In this document: in pieces, positions 19,136-29,618 of the stretch
How positions within the stretch are numbered: the stretch's first letter is position 1
How the letters are laid out: each line of letters starts with the position of its first letter
From: an uncultured Candidatus Binatia bacterium
Lineage (GTDB): Bacteria; Desulfobacterota; Binatia; UBA9968; CAXXLF01
Length of the DNA: 64,000 nucleotides
Assembly: GCA_965218425.1 (NCBI GenBank)
Contig: OZ244621.1
Span: 3,808,001-3,872,000 of the forward strand
Direction of reading: 5' to 3'
Made by a program: the position numbers and the translations under genes
Notes under the pieces: generated by a model
The model's database searches: none
What the model saw: only the letters and a program-made list of their open reading frames with translations
Told to the model about the DNA's origin: nothing

Positions 19136-20344
19136 TTAGATTGCACCCGCAGCCCTTAGTGCTACTAAGTCTTGCTTGGAAAACCCCAGTTCTCCGCAAT
19201 AGATTTCCTCATTGTGCTCACCGATCAAAGGTGCGGTCCTGGTTACTTCACCTGGGGTTTCGCTGAACCTGGGCACCGGGCCAAAGTGTAAATATTTGCC
19301 GACCAATGGATGTTCCATCTCGACGAAAAGTTCCCGGGCCTTTGTGTGGGCACTTTCCATGAACTCACGCGCGGTGTTGATGGGGGTAACGCTAATTCGG
19401 CGTTTTTGCCCTTCTTCGTAAAGCTCCTCTTTAGTGTGGCGCTGGCAGAATTCCGTGATCAACTTCATGACCATCTCGGGATGTTCCCGACGGTAGGCCA
19501 TTTTTTCGAATTCGGGTCCCGCGATGGCCTCAGGGCGCCCCATCCAGTCCACCAACCGTTGCCATTGTTCCACGGGGATAATGAAAATCCGCACATAGCC
19601 GTTTTTCGTTGGGTAGGGGTCGTACAGGTCCGTTTCCTCCCCTCTCCTCGATAGTCGGCTAGCCTTCGCTCCCGTGTACGCGTAATTGGGGATAAAGTAT
19701 CCAGCGATGTGGGCGGCACATTCATGCATGGAGACATCAATTTCTTGTCCCTCACCGCTCTTCTCTCGATCGTACAGCGCAATGGCGATGCCCAGGGCCC
19801 CGTAAGTAGAAGCCATGCCATAGGCAATCTCCCCCGGCCCCTGCAGAGGGGGCTCCCCCGGCTCTCCCGTTAGGACCATGAGATTACTGAGGGCGAGACC
19901 GGCAATGTCAGTGGCCTTGTAGTCCCGCCAGGGTCCGGTCTGTCCGAAGGGCGTGATGGATGTAAAGATCATTCGGGGATTCACGGAACTTAACCCACGG
20001 TAGCCCAGACCCAACTCGTCCAGTCGCCCGGGACGATGGGTATTCACTACCACATCGGCGGAACGCGCAAGTTCTACAAGGATGGATTGCCCGTCGCGGG
20101 ATTCCAGATTCAGGGTAATGCCACGTTTATTTGTGTTGTAGTGCAAGAAATAAAGGCTCTTTTCCGGATGCGGCAGGTCATCTTTGAACGGCGGCATTCC
20201 ACGTGCTTCGTCCCCGCCTAGCGGCTCCACCTTCATCACGTCAGCCCCCATGTCGGCCAGAAGCTTTACGCAATGAAAACCAAGGGGGCCGGACATATCC
20301 AGAACGCGGCAACCCGATAGTAATGAGATTTGATTAGCATTCAT
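19136..20344 (-). CDS. Family III CoA-transferase subunit, apparently lacking catalytic Asp
   Basis: LADMGADVMKVEP, NTNKRGITLNL, SITPFGQTGP, APLIGEHN; IAYG at the expected Asp site. Confidence 0.88.
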   Translation of the reverse strand: MNANQISLLSGCRVLDMSGPLGFHCVKLLADMGADVMKVEPLGGDEARGMPPFKDDLPHPEKSLYFLHYNTNKRGITLNLESRDGQSILVELARSADVVVNTHRPGRLDELGLGYRGLSSVNPRMIFTSITPFGQTGPWRDYKATDIAGLALSNLMVLTGEPGEPPLQGPGEIAYGMASTYGALGIAIALYDREKSGEGQEIDVSMHECAAHIAGYFIPNYAYTGAKASRLSRRGEETDLYDPYPTKNGYVRIFIIPVEQWQRLVDWMGRPEAIAGPEFEKMAYRREHPEMVMKLITEFCQRHTKEELYEEGQKRRISVTPINTAREFMESAHTKARELFVEMEHPLVGKYLHFGPVPRFSETPGEVTRTAPLIGEHNEEIYCGELGFSKQDLVALRAAGAI

Positions 20345-20469
20345 GGTGACGGTTTTGCTCCATCCATGGGATGACATAGCCTAGTTACTCGTATCACAGC
20401 ACCATGTCAAGCATGGGAATGCAGGCTCAAGCTACGGTCAAGCACATCAAACGAATTTATCGAAGAAAT

Positions 20470-20495
20470 AAAAAAGCCCCACCTAAGGCGGGGCT
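20470..20495 (-). terminator. Rho-independent terminator after tRNA-Gly
   Basis: Minus strand AGCCCCGCC-TTA-GGTGGGGCT followed by a T-run. Confidence 0.8.
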
Positions 20496-20501
20496 ATGGA
20501 G

Positions 20502-20578
20502 TGGAGCGGGTGATGGGGGTCGAACCCACGACCTTATGCTTGGCAAGCATACGCTCTAGCCAACTGAGCTACACCCGC
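20502..20578 (-). tRNA. tRNA-Gly(GCC)
   Basis: GCGGGTGTAGCTCAG...CTTGCCAAG...GGTTCGAC...CACCCGCTCCA; follows pgsA. Confidence 0.96.
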
Positions 20579-20614
20579 ATCTAAAAAAATTCCTACACGA
20601 AAGGGGGGTTGTTG

Positions 20615-21199
20615 TCAATTTACCTGCGCTCTATGCCCACCGTTTCTCTGCTGCATCAAGCGGATAAATTTAACGTGGTAGTTGACGGCGGACCACAAGG
20701 CCACGGCAGTGGCCACCACAAGAAAATACATGCCCACAACGTAGAAATCCACGCCGAAGTAAGGATAATGGAGGATCAAGGCAAAAACCGCGGTGGCCTG
20801 GAGTACAAGTTTATATTTACCCAAGGTCTCAGCCTCCATCACAATCCCTTCCGTCAAGGCAATCCCTCGAAGGATCGTAACCGCTGTTTCCCGGGCCACC
20901 ACCACCACCACCAGCCACGCCGGCACGATGGCATTATCGGGTCGGTCCATAGCCGCCAGCATGATCAAAGTCGCCACAATCATCAACTTGTCGGCCAACG
21001 GGTCGAGGACCTTTCCCAGGTTGGAAACCATTTTATTACGTCGGGCCAGATACCCGTCGAGATAATCCGTTGCGGCAGCCACCAGGAAAAGCAGAGCCGC
21101 AATGGCGCTGGCCAGGCGGTTCGTGTACGTCAAGATGTAGACCAGCAGGGGGATGATGGCGATCCGAAACAGGCTCAAAAGGTTGGGTAGAGTCCACAT
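20615..21199 (-). CDS. pgsA: CDP-diacylglycerol--glycerol-3-phosphate 3-phosphatidyltransferase
   Basis: PNLLSLFR, TDYLDGYLAR, GKVLDPLADK, GKYK. Confidence 0.95.
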   Translation of the reverse strand: MWTLPNLLSLFRIAIIPLLVYILTYTNRLASAIAALLFLVAAATDYLDGYLARRNKMVSNLGKVLDPLADKLMIVATLIMLAAMDRPDNAIVPAWLVVVVVARETAVTILRGIALTEGIVMEAETLGKYKLVLQATAVFALILHYPYFGVDFYVVGMYFLVVATAVALWSAVNYHVKFIRLMQQRNGGHRAQVN

Positions 21200-21249
21200 G
21201 GAGTTGAGAGTTGCTGTGTAGTTATCAGGGATCCAAGCTGTCCTGTCAT

Positions 21250-21820
21250 AAACGGACCCTTTCTACGACAAAAATCATAATACTTTACAACACGGCGTAC
21301 GTATTGTTTCGTTTCTGAATAGGGGGAATGTTCCGGTAGCGTTCCACGGCTCGGCTCCCTGCATTGTAAGCCGCCAACCCCAACCTAAGGTTCCCTTGAA
21401 AACGGTCCAGGAGCAACCGCAGGTGACGGACACCGGCCTAGGTGTTCTGGCCTAGGTCTTGAATGTTGTCCGCCCGATGCTGATGTGCCGTTGCCGGCAT
21501 GAGCCGCATTAGGCCCCGCGCCCCTTTTTTTGAAACCGCCCCGGGATCGAAATCGGACTCCACCTTCATTACTGCCCATACCAAATTTGGATCCACACCG
21601 TATCGGTTCGAAGCGGACCTCACAAGCTCATCGAAACTTAGGGTTTGCCCTGGCACACGACTATGTTGACTGCGGTTCCTAATAATCACACGGCAACCCG
21701 AATGGCTAAGGGCATTGATAAAGGTCAAGACGTACGAGAATCACGATGAACATAGATACCGGCCACCACCCATTGTACCAAAAATAAAGCAAAAGTGAAC
21801 AGCAGCACAATTATTCTCAT
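21250..21820 (-). pseudogene. Lytic transglycosylase (SLT) pseudogene
   Basis: AVMKVESDFDP.AVSKKGARGLM, in-frame TAG 21438-21440, then LAAYNAG and a frameshift before ETKQYV; ends approximate. Confidence 0.8.
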
Positions 21821-21973
21821 GCTGGAAATTTCTCTCCTTGATTCATCAGAGCACCCTCTTGGTCCTTTCCGTCAAATTCCTTGAATTTCAGTAGGTGTCG
21901 AGGGGCCAAGGGGCTGATTTTTCCTGAGAAGGCTTCAGAATAAGCTCAGCAGGGGTAAACACGACAGCCGCAA

Positions 21974-23063
21974 TGCATAAGGCCAGAAACATCTTGCACA
22001 TTCTGGGTGGTTGAGCTGGGATGCAGATCCGGGATTTCTCTTACCGCATCTGGGGCTTTTCCAGACTCGCTGACTATGCCATACGCTGGGAGACTAGGGT
22101 TAGTAATAAGGCAAAGCACAAGGCTCGGGTGCTCAGTTTGTGGGCCAAGCATGGGGTTGGAAGCAACTGAAGAGGCCTTTGGAGTGAAAAGGCGGACCCT
22201 GTATTACTGGAGAGGGCAGCTGATGAAAGGGGGCGGGAAGCTGGAGGCATTAAACGAGGATAGCAAGGCTCCCCATAGGCGTAGGAGTCGTAGTTGGCCT
22301 CAGTTGGTGCTTGGACAGATTGGCCGCATAAGGACGGAGCACCCCAATCTAAGCAAAGAGAAGATCTATCTATCGCTCAAGCCGTGGTGTGAGAGGCAGG
22401 ATCTGAGGTGTCCAAAGCCCAGGAGCATTGGTCGGATCATAGCTGGGGCTGTGGACAAGATGAGAACGGTTTCCATGAAGATAAGGTCTAACGGTCGTAG
22501 AGTAACCAACAAGCCGAAGCGGGCAAGAGACCCCCAGGGTTTTAGAGCGAGCGGTCCTGGTGAGTGCGGGGCCTTCGATAGGGTGGAGTTGTTCCTTGAT
22601 GGGCTAATGAGGTATGGGATCACCTTCACTGATGTCTACTCCCGGTTCTGTTTTGCCTGGGCGAGCCACAGCCATGGCTCTGAGGCAGCCAGGGAAGTCT
22701 ACAGGGTGCTCAGCGAGGTGTTTCCCTATCCGCTTCAATATGTGCTCACAGACAATGGCTCTGAGTTCATGAAGCACTTCGATGGGGAACTGAGGAGGCT
22801 GGACAAGGTCCACTGGCATACTTAATCCCAAGAGCCCAAAAATGAATGTCCATGTGGAGAGGTTTAACCGTACCCTTCAAGAAGAGTTTCTCGATTATCA
22901 TGAGGATCTGCTCGTGAAGCCGGCAGCCTTTAACCGCGAGTTGATCCCGTGGCTGTTGTGGTATAACGGCGAGCGGCCTCACTGGGGACTCAACCTTAAG
23001 TCGCCGGTGCAGTTTTTAATGGAGCAAAGACCCCAAGAGTGCAATATGTGGTGGCCCAATACA
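21974..23063 (+). mobile_element. Decayed IS481-family element with frameshifted transposase
   Basis: HTH N-terminus, TDNGSEF, frameshift ~22824 (HWHT/YPKSPKMN), VERFNRTLQEEF, YNGERPH; degenerate terminal IRs TGCATAAGGCCAG... and ...GGCCCAATACA. Confidence 0.8.
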
Positions 23064-23270
23064 TTCGGTTGACATTTTTGCTCGTTATCGGATATTGTCC
23101 ATCCCGAAGCAAACCTAGTCGGGAGACGTTTCGCCAGCGGTAGCCGCGGGGTTTGCCAGATGTCAACATAGGTTTGGGTGGCTCAATGGCTCCTTGTAAT
23201 GGCAAATTAAGAATGCGCAGTGCAGCCACGAGTACCCATTAACTAAATGAAAACACTCAGGAGGTGATCC

Positions 23271-24389
23271 ATGACAACGGAACGCTATCAACCATGGTCT
23301 CTGACTCCCTTTGAGAAATGGATTAAAGAAGAAGGGCTCCGTGTTTATTCTCAACAGGTGGTGCAGAATATCCACGCAGTGGAACTTGGACCGTGGGAAC
23401 GCACCGGAACGAACGCCGCAATCCTCGATTTAACCCCGGAACCTTGGGAGGGCACTCTCGTTAATACCCAGGGTACGACCCGTTACCTGTGCGAGATACC
23501 CCCAGAAGGTTCCTTCAAGGCCGAAAAGCACATGTATGAGGAGATCTTCTACGTGATGAAGGGGCGGGGCGCCACCACCATTTGGAACCAGGGTGAGCCA
23601 AAGCAAACCTTTGAATGGCAGGAAGGCAGCGTCTTTTCCATCCCCCTCAACACGTGGCATGAAATTTTCAATGGCCAAGGCGACGAAACGGTAAAACTCT
23701 ACGCTGCCACCAACGCGCCAACGACTTTCAATCTTTTTGCTAGTCCCGAACTGGTATTCAACTGCCCCATGGTTTTCCATGATCGGTATAATCCCACCGA
23801 TGAGAAGTATTTCAGTGGACGGGTCAGTAAGCTCCGGGACCGTTTCGCGGAAACCAATTTCATAGCAGATGTTCACGCCGTCTCCTTGGACCGTTGGGTG
23901 GACAGAGGCCCAGGCGCAAACATGATGTTCTCTATGTCAGGCGGCCACTTTATCTGCCACGTTTCAGAATTCCCCGTGGGGAGCTACAAAAAGGGTCATA
24001 CCGGCGAGTTCACGAGGGGACGTGGCGGTCTCCTCTCCAGCGTCGCCTATCTCTTTCTGTCCGGGGAGGGATACGACCTCCAGTGGCCCGCCGGCACCAA
24101 ACCTGGCCCAGATGTTGAATGGGAGCGCTTGGACTTCGGTACTGGTACACTGATGTCTCCGGGGACGGGTTACCATCAACACTTCAATGTGGGTTCAGAA
24201 CCGGCCCGCTATCTCGTACTTCGCTACGGCAACCCGCGGTATAGCGGATCCGCAGGCGCCAGGTACAGGGAGACCGGTGGCGTACAGATCGAGTTCGAGG
24301 ATGAGGACCCACGGATCCGTCAACTATTTTTCAAAGAGTTGGACAAGCGTGACGTCAAAGCCGACATGCCTGAGCTTTCGGCCGCATAG
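23271..24389 (+). CDS. Double-cupin protein
   Basis: HMYEEIFYVMKGRG.T, FEWQEGS.FSIPLNTWH, YKKGH, YHQHFN. Confidence 0.8.
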   Translation: MTTERYQPWSLTPFEKWIKEEGLRVYSQQVVQNIHAVELGPWERTGTNAAILDLTPEPWEGTLVNTQGTTRYLCEIPPEGSFKAEKHMYEEIFYVMKGRGATTIWNQGEPKQTFEWQEGSVFSIPLNTWHEIFNGQGDETVKLYAATNAPTTFNLFASPELVFNCPMVFHDRYNPTDEKYFSGRVSKLRDRFAETNFIADVHAVSLDRWVDRGPGANMMFSMSGGHFICHVSEFPVGSYKKGHTGEFTRGRGGLLSSVAYLFLSGEGYDLQWPAGTKPGPDVEWERLDFGTGTLMSPGTGYHQHFNVGSEPARYLVLRYGNPRYSGSAGARYRETGGVQIEFEDEDPRIRQLFFKELDKRDVKADMPELSAA

Positions 24390-24590
24390 AAATCCCATGC
24401 GGGTCTAAAACCGCCCTTGGAGTGAGGGAGCCTCTAACCCAAATGGTTCCCTCGAGCAGCTTCAGCCATTTCTCCCGAGATCAGGTCTAGAATTGCAATC
24501 CCATCGGGATCAGTTTGAATCCGGGCCACTGTCCCTACCCGTGGAGGAGGTGGATATAAAGCTATGCTTGGAAGTGAATTTATAGAGTAT

Positions 24591-24682
24591 TGGCGGAGAG
24601 GGAGGGATTCGAACCCCCGTTACCCGCAAGGGTAAACCTGATTTCGAGTCAGGCGCCTTCAACCGGGCTCGGCCACCTCTCC
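24591..24682 (-). tRNA. tRNA-Ser(CGA)
   Basis: GGAGAGGTGGCCGAG...GACTCGAAATC, long variable arm, GGTTCGAATCC...CTCCGCCA. Confidence 0.95.
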
Positions 24683-24702
24683 GCAACTGTCCTGTAATTA
24701 AG

Positions 24703-25197
24703 CTAAGCAGAAACTTGCTTCTTCTGCCGAAGTGAGAAAAAGAAACCGCTCAGTATCCTTGCACACCGTTCCTTTAAGATACCGCTCTTTACATGTACAG
24801 AATGATTTAACCGGGGATCGTCACAGAGACGATAGAGAGACTCCACGGCTCCACCTTTGGGGTCGTGACAACCAAAGACAAGGCGAGGAATACGAGCCTG
24901 TAGGATCGCCCCCGTGCACATGACGCAGGGTTCAAGGGTTACGTAGAAAACGCAATTGTCGAGCCTCCAGCTACCGAGACTTGTGGCAGCCTCCCGAAGA
25001 GCCAGGATCTCTGCATGACCGGTGGGTTCCTGCAATTCCTCACGACGATTGTATCCCGTTCCGATTACCTTTCCCTCATGAACCACCAATGCCCCCACCG
25101 GGACCTCATCTCTAACCAGCCCCTTGGCAGCTTCCTCCAAGGCAAGCTCCATAAAACGCTGATCATCACCCTTTTTGTTTGTGCCAAGCTTGTTCAT
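24703..25197 (-). CDS. tadA: tRNA adenosine(34) deaminase
   Basis: EVPVGA, HAE, TLEPCVMC, DPKGGA, FF...R. Confidence 0.93.
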   Translation of the reverse strand: MNKLGTNKKGDDQRFMELALEEAAKGLVRDEVPVGALVVHEGKVIGTGYNRREELQEPTGHAEILALREAATSLGSWRLDNCVFYVTLEPCVMCTGAILQARIPRLVFGCHDPKGGAVESLYRLCDDPRLNHSVHVKSGILKERCARILSGFFFSLRQKKQVSA

Positions 25198-25293
25198 GGG
25201 TTTTGTTCACAATAGCACAAAATTCATGGGAAACCGAAATTTACCGCATGCGGCTCGGTTCTCTTCGACAATGATGGAGGCCAAGGTTCAGCC

Positions 25294-26172
25294 TCAACCC
25301 AACTTTTGGCCACTCAAAAATTTCACAACGACACTATCGTGTTCTTCCGGACGTTCCCATTGAGGCCAGTGCGCGGCATCAGCCATACAATAATACTGTG
25401 CACCCGGGATTAGGGAATGCACGTATTCCCCCACATCGGGACCGGCTCCCGGATTTTTTTCAGTCCAAAGAACGAGGGTCTGCGCCTTGATATTTTTGAG
25501 ATCTTTTTCAGGAATCAAGAAATTATCGGAATCCCCGTCCCCAAAAGAATTGCTAGAGACGTCGGTTAAGGCTCGACGTGTGTCGGGGTCGCTATAGATA
25601 TTGTGGCGTACTTCCACCAACTCGTCGCTAACCCTGTCCGGGGAGGCCATAAGCCATTCAAGCCTCTTGCGAATGGTTTCCCTCGTGGGGTTATTGATGG
25701 CAGCCAACGAACGTTCCCGTAACAACTGCCGTCCCTGTGCGGGGTGCTCGTCAACGACGCCAGGCTTGAAGCGCACACCCGCCGGCGTGTTCAAGATGAG
25801 CCGGTGCAATCGATCCGGATAATTCAGCGCGAACCAAAGGGCAGCCCAGCCCCCCAGTGACTCACCTTCAATATTGGCTTTTTCAATACCCAGAGAATCC
25901 ATCAGGTCGAGAACTTGACGAGCATAAGTAGGCACGGCTCGGCCTTTATAAGGAGGTTTAGAAGAGAATCCGTGCCAGACGAGATCAATCGCCATTGCAT
26001 GAAATCTTTGCCCCAAACGGACAATGTTGCGGCTGTAAGCCTCCGCATGGCCCCCGACGCCGTGAATCAAAATCAAGGGCTCACCGTGGCCTGCCTCAAT
26101 CACTCGCGTCTTGAATTCGTTACCGTAATAACTGACCCGACTGCCCATGAGATCTACCCATATGGTTGACAT
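25294..26172 (-). CDS. Alpha/beta hydrolase, meta-cleavage-product hydrolase-like
   Basis: HGVGG, GESLGG nucleophile elbow, AAHWPQWE. Confidence 0.85.
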   Translation of the reverse strand: MSTIWVDLMGSRVSYYGNEFKTRVIEAGHGEPLILIHGVGGHAEAYSRNIVRLGQRFHAMAIDLVWHGFSSKPPYKGRAVPTYARQVLDLMDSLGIEKANIEGESLGGWAALWFALNYPDRLHRLILNTPAGVRFKPGVVDEHPAQGRQLLRERSLAAINNPTRETIRKRLEWLMASPDRVSDELVEVRHNIYSDPDTRRALTDVSSNSFGDGDSDNFLIPEKDLKNIKAQTLVLWTEKNPGAGPDVGEYVHSLIPGAQYYCMADAAHWPQWERPEEHDSVVVKFLSGQKLG

Positions 26173-26349
26173 AGTGCCCACCTCCTCCTTAAGTCCTGGT
26201 TGCCGGTGAGCATAGTTTTATACCGGTTGGGAAGTCAACCCATGCGGACAGCTCTAAAGGATTGGATGGAAGCCTCACAATCTCTTCTTCCTGGCCATTT
26301 CATAAAACAAACATCCAGCGGGTTCCTCTCGGAAGGTCTTCAATGGTAG

Positions 26350-26377
26350 TTGACACATTGTCCCAACAATGCTACTC
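26350..26377 (+). promoter_or_regulatory. Possible sigma70 promoter with palindrome in the spacer
   Basis: TTGACA at 26350, CATTGT-CCCA-ACAATG inverted repeat, TG-extended -10-like element. Confidence 0.3.
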
Positions 26378-26417
26378 GCTTTGCAAGGATTGAACCGGGG
26401 AAAACTTGAAATAATCT

Positions 26418-27086
26418 ATGATTAACCCTCACCGTTCTCCCTTAACCAACATGATGCGAGGCCTGAGCCTCTCCTGCTTAATGGTACTTACTTTTCAGTT
26501 GGTCGGCTGCGGTTCAGAACCGGCTGTCTACGATCGAGACACATCTTCCTTCCGTTTTAATTGGAGAAAAGAAAAAGACCTAACCGTGCAACGCCGGGAG
26601 AAGTTCAAACTCGAATCCGAGCGTAACTTGCGTCTCCTGGAAGTGAAGTTGCAAGACACGGTGATCCTGGGAGCCTTACGCGTTGCAAACAATCGATACC
26701 GTGGTGTTTCCAATGAACAGATTCAAGCCCTGGACAAAACCTGGATCACAGCCGGCGACGACATTGTGGCAAAGATGACCGATTTCCAATGCAATGAAGC
26801 CTTGAGGATTTTTCAAGCCGGTTATGGGGCGTTCAAAGAAATTTTCGTTACCGGGATTAACGGACTGAATATCTGCGTGACCAATAAGACCAGCGACTAT
26901 TATCAGGCGGACGAAGAGTGGTGGACACGAACCATCAAGCAAGGAAAGTCCTGGCGACGGCCGAATTTGGAGTTCGATGAGAGCGCCGGAGTCTTTGCGG
27001 TGCCTATTTATGTCCCCGTTCGCGATCCGGCCAACGGAAATCTGCTTGGGGCCGCCAAAGCCGTGGTACTTGAATCAAAGCCCTGA
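26418..27086 (+). CDS. Lipoprotein with stand-alone PDC/Cache-like sensor domain
   Basis: Lipobox LVGC; EIFVT...GLN....KTSDYYQADEEWW, FDESA, VPVRD. Confidence 0.7.
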   Translation: MINPHRSPLTNMMRGLSLSCLMVLTFQLVGCGSEPAVYDRDTSSFRFNWRKEKDLTVQRREKFKLESERNLRLLEVKLQDTVILGALRVANNRYRGVSNEQIQALDKTWITAGDDIVAKMTDFQCNEALRIFQAGYGAFKEIFVTGINGLNICVTNKTSDYYQADEEWWTRTIKQGKSWRRPNLEFDESAGVFAVPIYVPVRDPANGNLLGAAKAVVLESKP

Positions 27087-27123
27087 TTTCAAATAGGAAT
27101 TGAATCGACAACACGGAACCCGA

Positions 27124-27495
27124 TTAATTGGCATCACGGGATAATTCGATGCGATTCCCACTTGGGTCAACCACATAGACGGAGTATCCAGGACCCTTCC
27201 CGTGGGGTCGTATTCCGTCCGTCTTGACACCTTTAGCCTCCAACCCCTTAATCAGTGCCTCCGGATCATCCGGTCCCTCGATATCAAATGTGTGGTGCGG
27301 GACGCCTGGAGCTTGCTTTTGCGAGGCATCAAACAGCCCAAGGCCCGCCCCGCCCAACCGTAAACGAGCAACGTCAACTCCTGAGACGGTGTGCTTCGTG
27401 CGTAACTCGGCACCGAGAACCCCCTGGTAGAAGTTGATCATCTCGTCCAAATTCTCTGCGTGAAAATTCCACGACCGCAGGCTGAGTACTTTCAT
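27124..27495 (-). CDS. VOC (glyoxalase-like) protein
   Basis: FYQGVLG, HHTF, DPSGNRIEL. Confidence 0.85.
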   Translation of the reverse strand: MKVLSLRSWNFHAENLDEMINFYQGVLGAELRTKHTVSGVDVARLRLGGAGLGLFDASQKQAPGVPHHTFDIEGPDDPEALIKGLEAKGVKTDGIRPHGKGPGYSVYVVDPSGNRIELSRDAN

Positions 27496-27760
27496 AATTT
27501 GACCCTCCTTGTAAATTTCTCGCCTTCCCCGACCGTCTTTACCAAAACCACGGTTAGCCCTGCAAGGCTGGATTCCCCCTCAGTACCGCCGCAAACAAGT
27601 CAGGCAGCGTCCCCCTCCACAAGCGATAATAATGCGATTGGCCAAAAATAGTACTCGGATCTCGGCTTATCGGGAGGTTACGGCTTGACACCCCTTTTGC
27701 TCTAAAATTCCCCCTGGCCGCAACCATTGAAAAACATCTAAAAGCCTCTTAGCACCTCAG

Positions 27761-28624
27761 CTAAAAAGGCCTACACCCTGTAACGATCCAAGCCGCAGCT
27801 TGCATGTGGACTCCTTGAGGAGTCTGATAGGGGGCCACAGCATCCGACAGAGCATACGTCAGAGCACCACGCTTCTCGGGCTGTCTTGCTTGTCTAATGG
27901 CGGCTGCCGCAGGCCCCATCTGAAACAAGAAGTCCACCGCCGCGTCAAGGTCATCACTTACACCAATAGGGACGTCCTTGACCGCCTCTTCAAACGAGAT
28001 GTCATGGAACCCCACTTTGGACAGAATACGCTCCAAACGATCGGAATCAGCAAAGGCAAATGGTCCCTGTTGATCAGGAACGAATTGCGGAACGTCGATA
28101 TGCTTGGCCACAGCCTCCGTTGGCACAAGCGCCCATAAGTTCTTTTGAAACTCCTGCCAGGCGACAAACGCAAAACGCCCGCCGGGGCATAAGGTCCTGA
28201 ACAGGTTCTCAAAGGCCTTCGGAGGATCTGCGAAAAACATGATCCCAAAGCGCGAGTAAAGAAGATCCATTGATTGGGGTTCGAATGCGTAGGTTTGTGC
28301 GTCGGCGTTGATGAAACGGGCTTGAGCCAAACCAAACCTTTTCCCTGAGTCTCTTGCACTGGCCAGCATGTTAGAGGAAAGATCAATTCCTGTAACTTTG
28401 CCGGTTGCCCCAACTCGGCGCGCAAGCTCCAAGGTGGTGTCTCCACAACCACAGCCTACGTCCAGTACCCGCTCACCTGGCAGGACCGAGGCTCGATCCA
28501 CGGCAAGAACCCCAAAGGGACGAGCAAGGCTATTAATGGGCTCCTGGTAATTGATCCATTTCTGCCCAGTGGTTTCATTCCAAAATTGAATCTGCGCAGC
28601 GTTCGGGCCCTTGGCTTCCAGCAT
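27761..28624 (-). CDS. Class I SAM-dependent methyltransferase
   Basis: VLDVGCGCG, ADAQ, SRFGIMFFADP; ATG 28624 after GGAGG. Confidence 0.88.
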   Translation of the reverse strand: MLEAKGPNAAQIQFWNETTGQKWINYQEPINSLARPFGVLAVDRASVLPGERVLDVGCGCGDTTLELARRVGATGKVTGIDLSSNMLASARDSGKRFGLAQARFINADAQTYAFEPQSMDLLYSRFGIMFFADPPKAFENLFRTLCPGGRFAFVAWQEFQKNLWALVPTEAVAKHIDVPQFVPDQQGPFAFADSDRLERILSKVGFHDISFEEAVKDVPIGVSDDLDAAVDFLFQMGPAAAAIRQARQPEKRGALTYALSDAVAPYQTPQGVHMQAAAWIVTGCRPF

Positions 28625-28844
28625 CGGATGGATATTCCTCCCATATCTTGCCTGAAGACTATGGCTAAACAAACATGACGGTTTATTTTTAGCTACTCTC
28701 CACTGAGTGATGGGCTGGCAGCACAATCAGCCTTGATGGAGGAGTTACCGGGACAAAACCATCGCGGGGCTAGAGTAAGATCGCCAGCTTTGTGCCAACA
28801 CTGAATCGAAGTTTCGGGGAATCATTCAAAAAGCGATTCTTACT

Positions 28845-29603
28845 TCATGCTCCGGCCAGCCGTGGCCGGCCAGCCGTCACCCCACCGTCTACCACGAACG
28901 TCCCACCGGTAATCTGTTTCGCACTAGCGGAAGAGAGATAATAGACCAGGTCGGCCACCTCTCGGGGGAGACCCACTCTTCCCAGGGGAATTTGACTGGC
29001 AACTCTTTTCAGACTCTTCGAAGGCACCATGGGCGTATCGACGGCCCCCGGGCAGATACAGTTCACTCGGACTCCAGAGGAAGCAAACTCAAGGGCAAGG
29101 ACCTTGGTAAGCATCACCAGGGCAGCCTTCGATACGCAATAAGCTGACCCTCCCGCATAACCCACAAGGCCGCCCGTGGAGGCGATATTGACAACGCACC
29201 CTTTGACCTTTCTCAGATAAGGCAGGGCCATTTGGGTGGAAAGAAATGCTCCACGCGCATTGACTGACATAACCTCATCCCATTCCGCAGTGGAGAGATT
29301 TTCCATGGGCCCGATCTTCTGAATACCGGCATTGTTACAAAGAACGTCCAACCGGCCCAATCGTCCCGGTCCCAACTCCAGCACACGCCGCACCGCTTCT
29401 TCCTTGCTCACGTCCGCCGGCACAAATTGGACTCGACACGCATATTTCTTTTTAATTTCCGCTGCCGCTTTCCCGCCCCTGCGCAGATTGCGGCCACAAA
29501 AAGCTAAATCATAGCCCTCCCGGGCGAAGCGATGAAGCACCGCCAACCCAATTCCTGAGGTACCACCGGTTACGAGAACGACGGGTCGCTTATTCCTCGC
29601 CAA
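28845..29603 (-). CDS. Short-chain dehydrogenase/reductase
   Basis: TGGTSGIG, NNAG, YCVSK, VNCICPG. Confidence 0.92.
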   Translation of the reverse strand: MARNKRPVVLVTGGTSGIGLAVLHRFAREGYDLAFCGRNLRRGGKAAAEIKKKYACRVQFVPADVSKEEAVRRVLELGPGRLGRLDVLCNNAGIQKIGPMENLSTAEWDEVMSVNARGAFLSTQMALPYLRKVKGCVVNIASTGGLVGYAGGSAYCVSKAALVMLTKVLALEFASSGVRVNCICPGAVDTPMVPSKSLKRVASQIPLGRVGLPREVADLVYYLSSASAKQITGGTFVVDGGVTAGRPRLAGA

Positions 29604-29618
29604 GTTGACCCACTATCC

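Noticed and set aside
21438..21440. In-frame TAG in the SLT gene as pyrrolysine or read-through
   Set aside because: A frameshift follows in the same gene, so it is a pseudogene.
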